Positions 1 through 9,826 of a stretch of DNA of 34,440 nucleotides are shown piece by piece (within the stretch, counting starts at the first letter, position 1; every line of letters starts with the position of its first letter). The DNA comes from Octopus bimaculoides. Taxonomy: Eukaryota. The notes beneath the pieces were generated by a model. That model searched no databases. It had not been told where the DNA came from and saw nothing but the letters and a program-made list of their open reading frames with translations. The position numbers were made by a program, and so were the translations under genes. The stretch is from assembly GCF_001194135.2 (NCBI RefSeq), contig NC_068983.1, positions 2,950,188-2,984,627 on the forward strand, read 5' to 3'.

Positions 1-37
<37 letters not shown>

Positions 38-128
38 ATGTATGTATATATGTATGTATATGTATGTATGTGTGTATGTACATGTATGTATGCATGTATA
101 TGTATGTGTGTGTATTTGTGTATATATA

Positions 129-159
<31 letters not shown>

Positions 160-338
160 GTGTATTTGTATATATGTATGTATATATGTGTGTGTATATG
201 TATCTTTATAGGCGTAGATGCATATATATATGTGTATGTGTATGTATGTTTGTATTTATGTATATATGGGTATTGATGTGGATATATGTGTATGTGTGTA
301 TATGTATGTGTGTGTATATATATGTATATGTATATGTG

Positions 339-371
<33 letters not shown>

Positions 372-397
372 GCATGTATGTATATATATATTCATAT
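1..397. repeat. Compound (TA)n/(TATG)n/(TG)n microsatellite
   Basis: Directly visible; it explains the YI/YVC-rich ORFs at 28-549. Confidence 0.98.
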
Positions 398-522
398 ATA
401 TTCTTTATTCTTTTACTTCTTTCAGTCATTTTGCCTGCGGCCATGCTGAAGCATCGGCTTTAGTTGAACAATTGACCCCAGGACTTATTCTTTGTAAGCC
501 TAGTACTTATTCTCTCAGTCTC
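398..522 (-). mobile_element. SINE family A, 3' portion
   Basis: Minus strand reads ...gaataagtactaggcttacaaagaataagtcctggggtcaattgttcaactaaagccgatgcttcagcatggccgcagg...gactgaaagaagtaaaagaataaagaata. A diverged related segment lies at 30715-30875. Family identity is from recalled octopus repeats, not a search. Confidence 0.7.
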
Positions 523-639
523 ACCTCGGTGGTGGTATTTGAACTATGAATGTGTAGAGCCACAACTAAATATCTCAAAATCGTTTTGTGCAACCCTCTA
601 ACGATTTTAACGAGTCACCGTTCTGTTACTGAATATTGG

Positions 640-857
640 GAAACTGTGAGGAAACCGCCATCAAAATAGTTTCATCGAGTTTAGTTATTTCAATGTCAAT
701 AATAAATATCGTTCTGTGTTAAGCTGGTGTTTGAAACATAAATGATATGAAATTTTGATGGAAGATTTTAATCCCATGATACAATAAACTTATAGCATGG
801 GACCAGAGGGATGTTTTGGGGGCTTACTATCTAAAGGGTTGATGTGTAAAGGGTTAA
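640..857. mobile_element. Possible one-ended remnant of a TTAA-flanked (piggyBac-like) MITE
   Basis: Ends in gtaaagggttaa (846-857), with a second copy ctaaagggttga just upstream; TTAA-CCC termini are typical of piggyBac-type ends. The other terminus was not found. Confidence 0.3.
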
Positions 858-1084
858 AATATTTCTGAACCAAAATGAGGAGAAAATTGGGGTTGCATGT
901 TTTCTCTGCAGCAATGACTCCTCAATCATAAAACAAAATACGTAAAGAGGTTACAGGGTGAAATGTCAGCTGATTTGTTAGAGAATATCGTCGTCCGATG
1001 GGAAACAGAATTATTTTGATAATCAGCAGTTTTGTTTGGAGATAATTACTCAACAATCAAGCAAATGCACTGATAAATTATTCA

Positions 1085-1152
1085 ATAATAATAGTAATAA
1101 CAACAACAATGATAATAAGGATAATAATGATAATAATAACAACAACAACGAC

Positions 1153-1240
<88 letters not shown>
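1085..1240. repeat. (AAT)n microsatellite with an AAC/GAT-interrupted 5' part
   Basis: Directly visible; pure (AAT)n from about 1153 to 1240; it gives the poly-N/I/L ORFs. Confidence 0.98.
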
Positions 1241-2617
1241 TTTCTGTCAATACAAGGTTGGGGAGGGAAGTTGAGCGCCCATCACTTATAAAATGCCCCA
1301 ATGGCTTGTGCTAGAACTGTCCTCAGACAATGAAACCCGACTCCTTCACCAAACCACCAGGAGAAGAGTGGGAAAAGGCAAGTATCTGGAGCTTTCGAAT
1401 GACCAGTACTCTGAGTAGGCTGTATTCGTTAGCCTTGGGTGACAAGCGGCCTAGGAGTAGGATCACTGTGAGTTCAAAACCAGGGGAGGAAGGACCCTGC
1501 CGCCTTGGCGGACTACCTTGATAGAGATAGTGTCTCGATAAAAATACCGGTTGGTAGTAAAACAAAAACATACCTCATTTGTGAGTGAAAATGCCAAGCA
1601 AATCGGTGTGAACGGAACTGGAATCAATGGTGAAGGTGCCGCACCCGGCAGGTACCCCACTGTGCAACAGGGTGGGCCTGGTCATAATCTAGCAACTGTT
1701 AGCCATGCTACAAGGCATAAGTGGAGTAGACAAGTAAAAATGGTGGTTACGTAGTGTTACTAGCGGAGCACCCCAGTGGAATAGGTGTATCAGCACTCAA
1801 CTACTAACATGGCTGAAAAAGATTGGTACAAACGAAGAAAGCAAAAGATTCTGGTCAAATATATTGTCTCAGGAGAAACAGCACGAAACTGAAGCAGAGT
1901 GGTTAAAGACACTCAAAGAAGAGAGTGGAGGATTTGCGAATAAGCGAGGAAATGATTAGGGAACACTGCAGGAGAATTCGTAATTGGAAAGCGCCTGGCC
2001 CAGATGGGGTTCAGGACTTTTGGCTTAAAAACCTGACATCTTTGCACAGGAGAATTTCGAGACAGATGGATGAAATACTGAGTAGTGACATCCAAGTACC
2101 GGCCTGGATGAGAAAAGGAAGAACGGTATTATGCCAGCAGGACCCAAGTAAAGGGAATGCTGTTGGAAATTTCCGACCAATATCTTGTTTGCCACTGATG
2201 TGCAAACTGATGATGGGCTTCATCTCAAACATCATCTATAAGTACCTAGATGAGAACGACCTATTACCAGTGGAACAAAAGGGGTGTAGACGTAAGAGCA
2301 GAGGAACAAAGGATCAATTACTAATCGATAAGAATATCTTGGCTGACTGTAAGAAGAGACACACAAATTTGGTGATGGCAAGGGTGGAATACAGGAAAGC
2401 ATATGGCATGATCCCACACTCATGAATTATTGAATGCTTTAAATTGCTTAAGTTCTCTCTCAATATCAATGGCAATGTGGTGAACTGAACTCACAGCATG
2501 GGGAGATAAGCTGGGAGAAGTAAATATCAAAAGAGGAATCTTCCAAGGGGACAGTCTGTCACTTCTCCTATTTGTTGTCTGCATACTGCCACTAACGAGC
2601 GGGTGGATTTTAAAAGT
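1241..2617 (+). mobile_element. R4/Dong-clade non-LTR retrotransposon, copy 1 (5' leader, ORF N-terminus, RT domains; internally deleted, 3' truncated)
   Basis: Translations [83 protein letters not shown] and RGIFQGDSLSLLLF are hallmark R4/Dong-type RT motifs. Stops and frameshifts are present. Confidence 0.88.
1925..2425 (+). pseudogene. Longest open fragment (166 aa) of the Dong-type reverse transcriptase
   Basis: ORF track; covers the early RT domains and is broken by a frameshift/stop after IPHS. The YxDD motif is not present in this copy. Confidence 0.85.
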
Positions 2618-2619
2618 GA

Positions 2620-3230
2620 TAACCGATATCATTTGGGCAATACTGTCGGAAGAATTTCCACATCATACAGATAATAAAGCGCTCTCGGCAGTGCCGGAGA
2701 GAATACAGTTTGAGAGTCGCGAGTCGATCCCAGTAATTAAGATCAGATATGCCATCAATTTTTTTCTGTAATTGATCTCTGGGGTGCTTCAAGCTTTTTG
2801 ATATTCTGGCTTGTGTAGGGAGACAATATTCATGGTGAGGGCAGGCGAAGGTAGAAAAGAGAAGGATAATGGTTGGAGCATCTCTAGACTGGAAAGTCCT
2901 GAGGACCCAGGAGCACAACCTACGAGCCATGTCGACTCTCTCGCTTATGTAGACACTCCAGCTTAAGCTGTCGTCGACAGTCACACCAACGTCCCTAGCG
3001 GTGTTTGATGCCGTGAGGTTGTTTAAGTGCAGCCCCTTTACGAAAGTAGATTAACTCAAACTTGTTCTCGTTCACTTGCATGCTATGTTTCTGCGTCCAT
3101 TGGATAACAGCAACCAGGTCCGATTGAAGATTTGTCCGGTCTCTCTCGTCCGGTCAACAACCTTCAGAGGTTTAGAGTCATCAGCGAAAATTTTTATATT
3201 ACTGTATTTAATGATGCTGATGATGATTAT
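2620..3230 (-). mobile_element. CR1/L2-type LINE fragment (RT C-terminal half)
   Basis: Minus-strand IKIFADDSK (about 3170-3197), then RDVGVTVDDSLSW, WVLRTFQSRD and LNYWDRLATLKLYSL..RERFII.MWK, typical of the CR1/L2 RT thumb region; frameshifted. Confidence 0.85.
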
Positions 3231-3455
3231 CGCTCAGGAAAATCTGCTGGCAGTGCCAGCAGTTGAATTTCTGGAAGCAGCACTTGTTCTGTTCCCTCCA
3301 GAACAAGTAGTCCAATACTAGGGTTTATGGGTTTCTTGGGGTCACAGCCTCTTACTTGTGATCCCAAGACGCTTAACTATAATCAGCGTTCGGTCGATCA
3401 TTTTGGAGACAGATCAATTTTGGAGGCTGATGTGTATAAATACAAACGTGTTACC

Positions 3456-3511
3456 AGTTCGAATATGCTTGAGTTCGAATATGCTTGAGTTCGAATATGC
3501 TTGAGTTCGAA
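3456..3511. repeat. Tandem repeat, 16-bp unit agttcgaatatgcttg x3.5
   Basis: Three identical units at 3456, 3472 and 3488, plus a partial agttcgaa. Confidence 0.97.
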
Positions 3512-4421
3512 CCTGTGGTGAAACTATTCACTGTATTCTGTCATGGAAAATGTTTCTTGCTATTAATAAATAGGTTAATAAATACACCAAGTCAGCTCAC
3601 GGTGACATCTAACCAGAGCGCGGGATGCATACATTTCGGAGTGGTTAACTCCTCTTCAGCAGTAGACTGGAAAGGCAGACGCTCCAATCTGACACGAGAG
3701 ACAAGTCCCTAATGATATTTCCGTCATCGTTCAATGACTGGTTACTCTTTTCAGTGGCTTGCCATAAATAATATACAGGTGACAGTATTAAGCAGTCATG
3801 TGTATAAATAAAGTATCATTTTCCAAGCAGTGAACTAGGGTATGTCTACCTTAACATTTCAATATCGTAACATGAACTCAACGGTACAGAAATAACGGAG
3901 TCAGTTATCTGTGATACATTATCGAAGTCCGTGCCATCCATTGCCTTCAGACTTTACTGTAAACTTTCTAACGGATCAGCCTCCAGATGAATGCAAGCCA
4001 ACCGAGAAAGAGAGAGAGAGAGTGACAGACAGACAGACAGATAGACAGAATGAATGAAATATGTACAGCACTCCCTCATTTAAATCTCTTTCATGCACCA
4101 AGTCACACTATAGCTGTTATGGAGGCCATCTTATGGATGACGAACATGTTGATATGAGAGGAATTTTGTGAAAGAAATAAAGAAATAAACGTGTTAAACA
4201 ATGGATGATTGCCATCACAGTCACAGTTCAGTGATGGGGAGCATAAAATGACTTTCCTTGAAATGATGAAGAATGTAAATGAGGAAATATTTGTACGCAA
4301 CAAAAACTATCGTTAACAACACGTAACAGTTTTCATCTCACCACAACCAGACAGCGTTATGACGCACCAAACATGTTTGGAGAGAGACAAAGTTACTCAA
4401 TGAAATAGACAGCCAACAGAA

Positions 4422-4587
4422 CAGGGCCGGCCCAGGGTACCGGCATCTCGGGCAGTCGCCCGGGGCGCCATGTGATAGGGAGCGGCGAGCAGGGCGTGAC
4501 AAAGGCAAGGAAATTTCCAAGACCGTCGGCTTGTACACGACGAAGTTCAGCTTTCCCAGGGCGCCAACGACCCTAGGGCCGGCCGTG
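4422..4587. mobile_element. GC-rich MITE, hAT-like termini
   Basis: The 5' end cagggccggcccagggt and the reverse complement of the 3' end, cacggccggccctagggt, form an imperfect TIR. Flanks gccaacagaa / gccatagaa resemble a decayed target duplication. 166 bp, non-coding. Confidence 0.65.
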
Positions 4588-4604
4588 GCCATAGAACAGG
4601 TCGA

Positions 4605-4775
4605 ACAACAACAACGACAAAAATGGTGATGATGATGATTATGATGACGATGACGACGACGACGACGACGATGATGATGATGATGATGACGATGATGACG
4701 ATGATGATGATGATGATGATGGAGGTGGTGGTGGTGATGATGATGATGACGATGATGATCATGATGATGATGGTG
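4605..4775. repeat. (AAC)n then (GAT/GAC/GGT)n trinucleotide microsatellite
   Basis: Directly visible. Confidence 0.95.
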
Positions 4776-4923
4776 AAACCACCTTGTAGTTGAGTTGGCG
4801 AAGATTTTAGCTGTTTGCTTTGGAAATCGAAACTAAGAAAACATAATTTTCTTTTCAGTATTTTAGATTGGAGTTCGATGTCTGTGAATGGGGAAGAGTT
4901 ATTTTGAAAAAAGAGAGAGAGAG

Positions 4924-5377
4924 NNNNNNNNNNNNNNNNNNNNNNNNNNNNNNNNNNNNNNNNNNNNNNNNNNNNNNNNNNNNNNNNNNNNNNNNNNNNN
5001 NNNNNNNNNNNNNNNNNNNNNNNNNNNNNNNNNNNNNNNNNNNNNNNNNNNNNNNNNNNNNNNNNNNNNNNNNNNNNNNNNNNNNNNNNNNNNNNNNNNN
5101 NNNNNNNNNNNNNNNNNNNNNNNNNNNNNNNNNNNNNNNNNNNNNNNNNNNNNNNNNNNNNNNNNNNNNNNNNNNNNNNNNNNNNNNNNNNNNNNNNNNN
5201 NNNNNNNNNNNNNNNNNNNNNNNNNNNNNNNNNNNNNNNNNNNNNNNNNNNNNNNNNNNNNNNNNNNNNNNNNNNNNNNNNNNNNNNNNNNNNNNNNNNN
5301 NNNNNNNNNNNNNNNNNNNNNNNNNNNNNNNNNNNNNNNNNNNNNNNNNNNNNNNNNNNNNNNNNNNNNNNNNNNNN
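4924..5377. other. Assembly gap (454 N)
   Basis: N run; ORFs spanning it are artefacts. Confidence 1.
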
Positions 5378-5466
5378 CATTAACAATCGAACATGAAAAA
5401 CAGCAAATAACAAAAGAAAAGGACGTACTTATGAAATGTATGTATGTATGTATGTGTGTGTGTATG

Positions 5467-5500
<34 letters not shown>

Positions 5501-5509
5501 TGCATGTAT

Positions 5510-5752
5510 GCAACAGCCTATGCTTCAGGGGCCCACAGCCTTTTAATATTATCCCAAAGAGCCTGAGAAAACCTCGACAAAGTGGATGTAGGCGTTTTCA
5601 AATCAAGGCTGGACCTCTTCCTATCGAGAGTCCCAGATGAACCTACCTCACAGCAAGAGGTGCAAATGAGGGTAGCTACATCAAACTCCATTCTTCACCA
5701 AGTGCCTCATATTAGAGGAGGCTCTCAGTAAAAACAGTGTAGCGAAACGGCG
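5510..5752 (+). mobile_element. CR1/L2-type LINE 3'-terminal fragment
   Basis: With frameshifts it reads NSLCFRGPQ.FNIIPKSLR...VDVGVFKSRLDLFLSRVPDEPTSQQEVQMRVATSNSILHQVPHIRGGSQ*, the characteristic extreme C-terminus of CR1-like ORF2. Confidence 0.78.
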
Positions 5753-6415
5753 GTAGTGCTCAGGAACGAGCTAAGATAGCAGCGCGCTATGAAGTGTGGA
5801 ATTCCACTGTTTTGGTTCAGAGATGGTGACGTGCATGGAAAGGGAAACATGCAATACTACGTCCTGAAACATTAAAAGTTGTCATGTAAAGCTGATGAGC
5901 ACGGGTTTCTGTGAACGATGCAAGAAGAAGTGGCCGTCCAACCACAACCACAGCGGAGAACGTGGCAACAGTGCAGGAAATGTATAATCACAGCCCGCAA
6001 AAATCAACACGTCAATCATATCGTGAAAGTGGACTAACAAGACACGCAATACGTACGGTGTTGCATAAAGAATTGAATTTTCTTCTGTGGAAACACCAAA
6101 AGTTCAGAGCTCATCCCATGTGATTTTTACCTGTGGGGTTACACAAAAGAGAGGATGTACAAGACAAAACCTCGCACACGAGAGGACTTGGAGACACGGA
6201 TTCAGGAGGTCCTTAATGATATCCCAGACGACGTCCTTCAGAAGTTTGTTCATTCCATCCTTCGCTGTTTGAAGAAACAGTTTGAGGAAACCGTTGCTTA
6301 CGTTGAAATACGAAGATTCACTTTCATTTTCCCATGTCATTAGTTTCAATAAATTTGTTAAAGGAACATGGATTTTATTACCAATTTTTAATGCCTACTT
6401 ACTTTTCACCCACCC

Positions 6416-6420
<5 letters not shown>
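5753..6420 (+). mobile_element. Tc1/mariner-superfamily transposon, internally deleted
   Basis: An N-terminal HTH-like region (QERAKIAARYEVWNSTVLVQRW...DARRSGRPTT..ENVATVQEMY.HSPQKSTRQ..RESGL) is fused to the C-terminal PCDFYLWGYTKERMYKTKPRTREDLETRI. A TIR-like end (cacccaccct) precedes the TA-rich flank. The catalytic core is absent. Confidence 0.82.
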
Positions 6421-6467
<47 letters not shown>

Positions 6468-6628
6468 GTATCTCGATATATATACACACACATATATATG
6501 TATGTATATATATGTGCGTATTTATGTACATATTTATGTATGTATTTATGCATGTACATATGTATGTATATATGCGTGTGTGTCTGATGCTTGTATGTGT
6601 CAAGCATAATTGTGTTTATATGCATCAC

Positions 6629-6664
<36 letters not shown>

Positions 6665-6669
6665 TCTCA
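6421..6669. repeat. (TA)n, (TATG)n and (CT)n microsatellites
   Basis: Directly visible. Confidence 0.95.
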
Positions 6670-7766
6670 GTAAAATAAGCCAAGTGCAACTCACACAAAG
6701 TCATGACTGTGAAAGGACCATCAAAGTGAATCAGGGCACGATTCCATTTACTTTATGACGTAACTATGTCTTAAGTCGTACGAATTAGTCTTGAACATCT
6801 TCGGCTTCAGCCCAAACACTGACATCTTCCTTACCCTTTGTATAAATGCTTCACGTTGTATTGTTAAATTGCTTTCTGTAACCTTCTCTCTTCGAATTTT
6901 TCTCAAACAACACAATCTATTTCCGTCCAATTTTAGAGCTTCTATACAAAATCCATGCTAAAGATCTCCGATAACTGTGAAGGTCCTTTGTTTCAATACG
7001 ATGGATCATTCTTCTTCATGGGTCTTTTCTTTTACTGCTTAATGTCCTCCACGCTTTCCCGCCTTACTCCAGACTTCACCTCTTCGTCTTCACTGCATGA
7101 CAGTGGCATAAAGCTGGTGCTTTGGTTCTCTTGTAGAATTTGTGCTGAAGGGCGGCTACAGAGGACACCACACTCCCTTAGGTTTCTACGTCATCAGTTT
7201 TTTCAGTGTCCCTAGGAATTTGGCTGCTCTGTCTGTTTCCACTCTAACCATCATGGCAATTGCAACAAACTGTGCTCCGCCACCAACGGATGAAGCATAA
7301 AAACTACAACGCAACGGCCAAAGTTCTCCCAATTCCTTTTTCGAGGACTTCGGGAAATTGTTGCGTTTCTGCATACAGAGATATGTCCCATCCTCCTTTC
7401 TTTATATTAGGTAAGATATATTCTTGAGGCATTCTCTTTTCTGCTGACTGAATTTGGCTCTTATTGGTTATCTCCCTTTGACTTGCATCGCTAAGAAAAG
7501 CTGCATTGTATTACATGATTTTCTTTTTTTTTCTTTTTTGTTTTCTGTAATTTTAAATTATCACATTCACTGTTTTTGTTAAGTCTATTTGAAAAACAAA
7601 AAAACACTTAACAGCAAACAGGAAGATTTTGAAAATGTTTTACGACATTTAAATTTTTCTTTTGCCAAAACTTTTTATATATTCTACCATTCCCATTGAT
7701 ACGCTCCTCTTGGAATGCTAACAATACTGAAAATGTTCATTCGGTTATTAGAATTGTTGTTGTTGT

Positions 7767-8022
7767 TGGCATTCCGTCGCTTACGACGTCGAGGGTTCCA
7801 GTTGATCCGATCAACGGAACAGCCTGCTCGTGAAATTAACGTGCAAGTGGCTGAGCACTCCACAGACACGTGTACCCTTAACGTAGTTCCCGGCGAGATT
7901 CAGCGTGACACAGAGTGTGACAAGGCTGACCCTTTGAATTACAGGCACAACAGAAACAGGAAGGAAGAGTGAGAGAAAGTTGTGGTGGAAGAGTACAGCA
8001 GGGTTCACCACCATCCCCTGCC
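7767..8022 (-). mobile_element. SINE family B, 3' body (variant with an extra internal block)
   Basis: Shares gagggttccagttgatccgatcaacggaacagcc...tgtgacaaggct with the copies at 9021, 11898 and 25037. Confidence 0.85.
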
Positions 8023-8048
8023 GGATGTTAAACTATACACACTGGAAA

Positions 8049-8225
8049 NNNNNNNNNNNNNNNNNNNNNNNNNNNNNNNNNNNNNNNNNNNNNNNNNNNN
8101 NNNNNNNNNNNNNNNNNNNNNNNNNNNNNNNNNNNNNNNNNNNNNNNNNNNNNNNNNNNNNNNNNNNNNNNNNNNNNNNNNNNNNNNNNNNNNNNNNNNN
8201 NNNNNNNNNNNNNNNNNNNNNNNNN
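8049..8225. other. Assembly gap (177 N)
   Basis: N run. Confidence 1.
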
Positions 8226-8423
8226 AACACGGTAAAACGGGGGGTGGCGTTTAGGGGTCTCTGTGAAACACGTCGGTTTAATAAAGGGGGTTTATAGTGG
8301 CGTCCCTTAAATTCCATTTTTGCAAACTGTCTGCGCCTGAACGTGTATAAATAAATCAATAAATAAAACCCTTAATCGTATTTAGTAATGCGATACACAT
8401 AATTTAGTTTTATACATTCTCAA

Positions 8424-8424
<1 letters not shown>

Positions 8425-8485
<61 letters not shown>
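8425..8485. repeat. (AAT)n microsatellite
   Basis: Directly visible. Confidence 0.98.
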
Positions 8486-8786
8486 CAGTAAACGGTAGGC
8501 TTAATTTCAGTTTGGTGGAGTAATTAAAAAGTACTCTAATCGTTATAGAATCAATGTCAACCAAATTTATAGGAATTAGCAATTAGACAAAAATGTTTTA
8601 ACTATAAAAACCTCAAGCATATCTATTTCTCACTGATAATATTCCATTTAAATGTTTGTTTTAGGGGATGTGGGTTGATGGGGTTAGGGTGAATGGGACA
8701 GAGTTCATGACCATTACAAAAGCCAACAGCGTACCCAGCTCAATACGTCATGGACGTGTTTGTTAAACATTAGACGTGCCATCACA

Positions 8787-8850
8787 TGGATCTGGATTCA
8801 TCGGTTCGGTCCCGCTGCACAGTACTTTGGGCAAATGTCTTCTGCCATAG
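8787..8850 (+). mobile_element. SINE family A, tRNA-like head fragment
   Basis: catgg...ggttcggtcccgctgcacagtactttgggcaaatgtcttctgccatag: a B-box-like GGTTCGGTCCC followed by a cttgggcaagtg-type core; diverged. Confidence 0.5.
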
Positions 8851-9020
8851 ATTTTGGGGACTTGAAAGTGCTAAATATTGATATGTAGAGCAATAACGTA
8901 TGTAGTAGAGTCTTGTATAGTACAAGACGGACTACACACACACACGTACACACACACAACACACATACACACAACACACACACACACACACAACACACAC
9001 ACACATATATATATAACAAA

Positions 9021-9348
9021 CTGGCACTCCGTCAGTTACAACGATGTGTGTTCCAGTTGATCCGATCAACTGGAACAGCCTGTTTAACATATTAATGCGT
9101 AAACGACTGAGTATTCCATACATACGCATACCTTTAATGTACTTCTCAGGGAGATTTAGCGTGGCACAGTTTGTAACGAGTCTGCCCCTTTTGAATTACA
9201 GGTACAACTCATTTTTGCCAGCTGAGCGGGTTGGAGCAACATGAATATAAGCGTCTTGTTTAAGGACACAATACGCTGCCGGGTAACGTACTAGTGACTT
9301 TACGATCATGAGCCGAATACCCCTAACCACTAAGCCTCGTTCCTTCAC
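9021..9348 (-). mobile_element. SINE family B, near full length
   Basis: Minus-strand tRNA-like head (gtgaagg...ggcttagtggttagggg) plus the body shared with the 25037-25356 copy; flanked by (TA)n. Confidence 0.85.
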
Positions 9349-9387
9349 CATATATATATATATATATGTATGTATGTATGTATGTAT

Positions 9388-9495
9388 NNNNNNNNNNNNN
9401 NNNNNNNNNNNNNNNNNNNNNNNNNNNNNNNNNNNNNNNNNNNNNNNNNNNNNNNNNNNNNNNNNNNNNNNNNNNNNNNNNNNNNNNNNNNNNNN
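9388..9495. other. Assembly gap (108 N) within (TATG)n/(TA)n
   Basis: N run. Confidence 1.
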
Positions 9496-9559
<64 letters not shown>

Positions 9560-9732
9560 TGTATATATGTTGGGATTATATTGGGATATTGTCTTTTCTT
9601 CGTACTTTACTTTCGAATTTCTTTTATAAAATTCGTACTGGTATGTAGTTTTTATTTTTCATGTTGCTATAGAATCTGTCTCAAACAAAAGAGCTCAGAT
9701 ATTCATAAATAGAAAATCGTAAAAGTCATGCT

Positions 9733-9826
9733 TGGATAAAAGGCAAATTCGACCTCGGCGAAATTTGAACGTAAAGGTAGGTAAACTGCTGCTAAGCATT
9801 TCACCCGACCTGTTGACGATTCTGCC
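9733..9826 (-). mobile_element. SINE family C, diverged partial copy
   Basis: ggataaaaggcaaattcgacctcggcgaaatttgaac...gctaagcatttcacccg...gacgattctgcc aligns by eye with 22474-22619. Confidence 0.7.

Noticed and set aside
28-549. ORFs rich in YI/YV/CV, and similar ORFs throughout (HT, LS, poly-N/I/L/Y)
   Set aside because: They are translations of di-, tri- and tetranucleotide microsatellites, which lack stop codons.
3456-3511. CRISPR-like array
   Set aside because: No spacers between the units, a eukaryotic context and no cas genes.
4547-5640. Long ORFs of 170-311 aa here and at 19526-20568
   Set aside because: Their length comes from N gaps translated as X.
5735-5755. Possible shared 3' end between the CR1 fragment (aaacggcggt) and SINE family A (partner LINE)
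   Set aside because: The LINE is cut by the mariner junction after about 6-10 matching bases, too short to support from this window.
5892-5920. CTGATGA followed by a short stem (also at 30311 and 34258)
   Set aside because: No GAAA or stem I/III follows; the 5892 site is transposase coding sequence.
6670-7440. Coding-like composition on the minus strand, possibly a decayed transposon ORF
   Set aside because: No diagnostic motif was recognisable in any frame; it needs a tBLASTx/HMM search.
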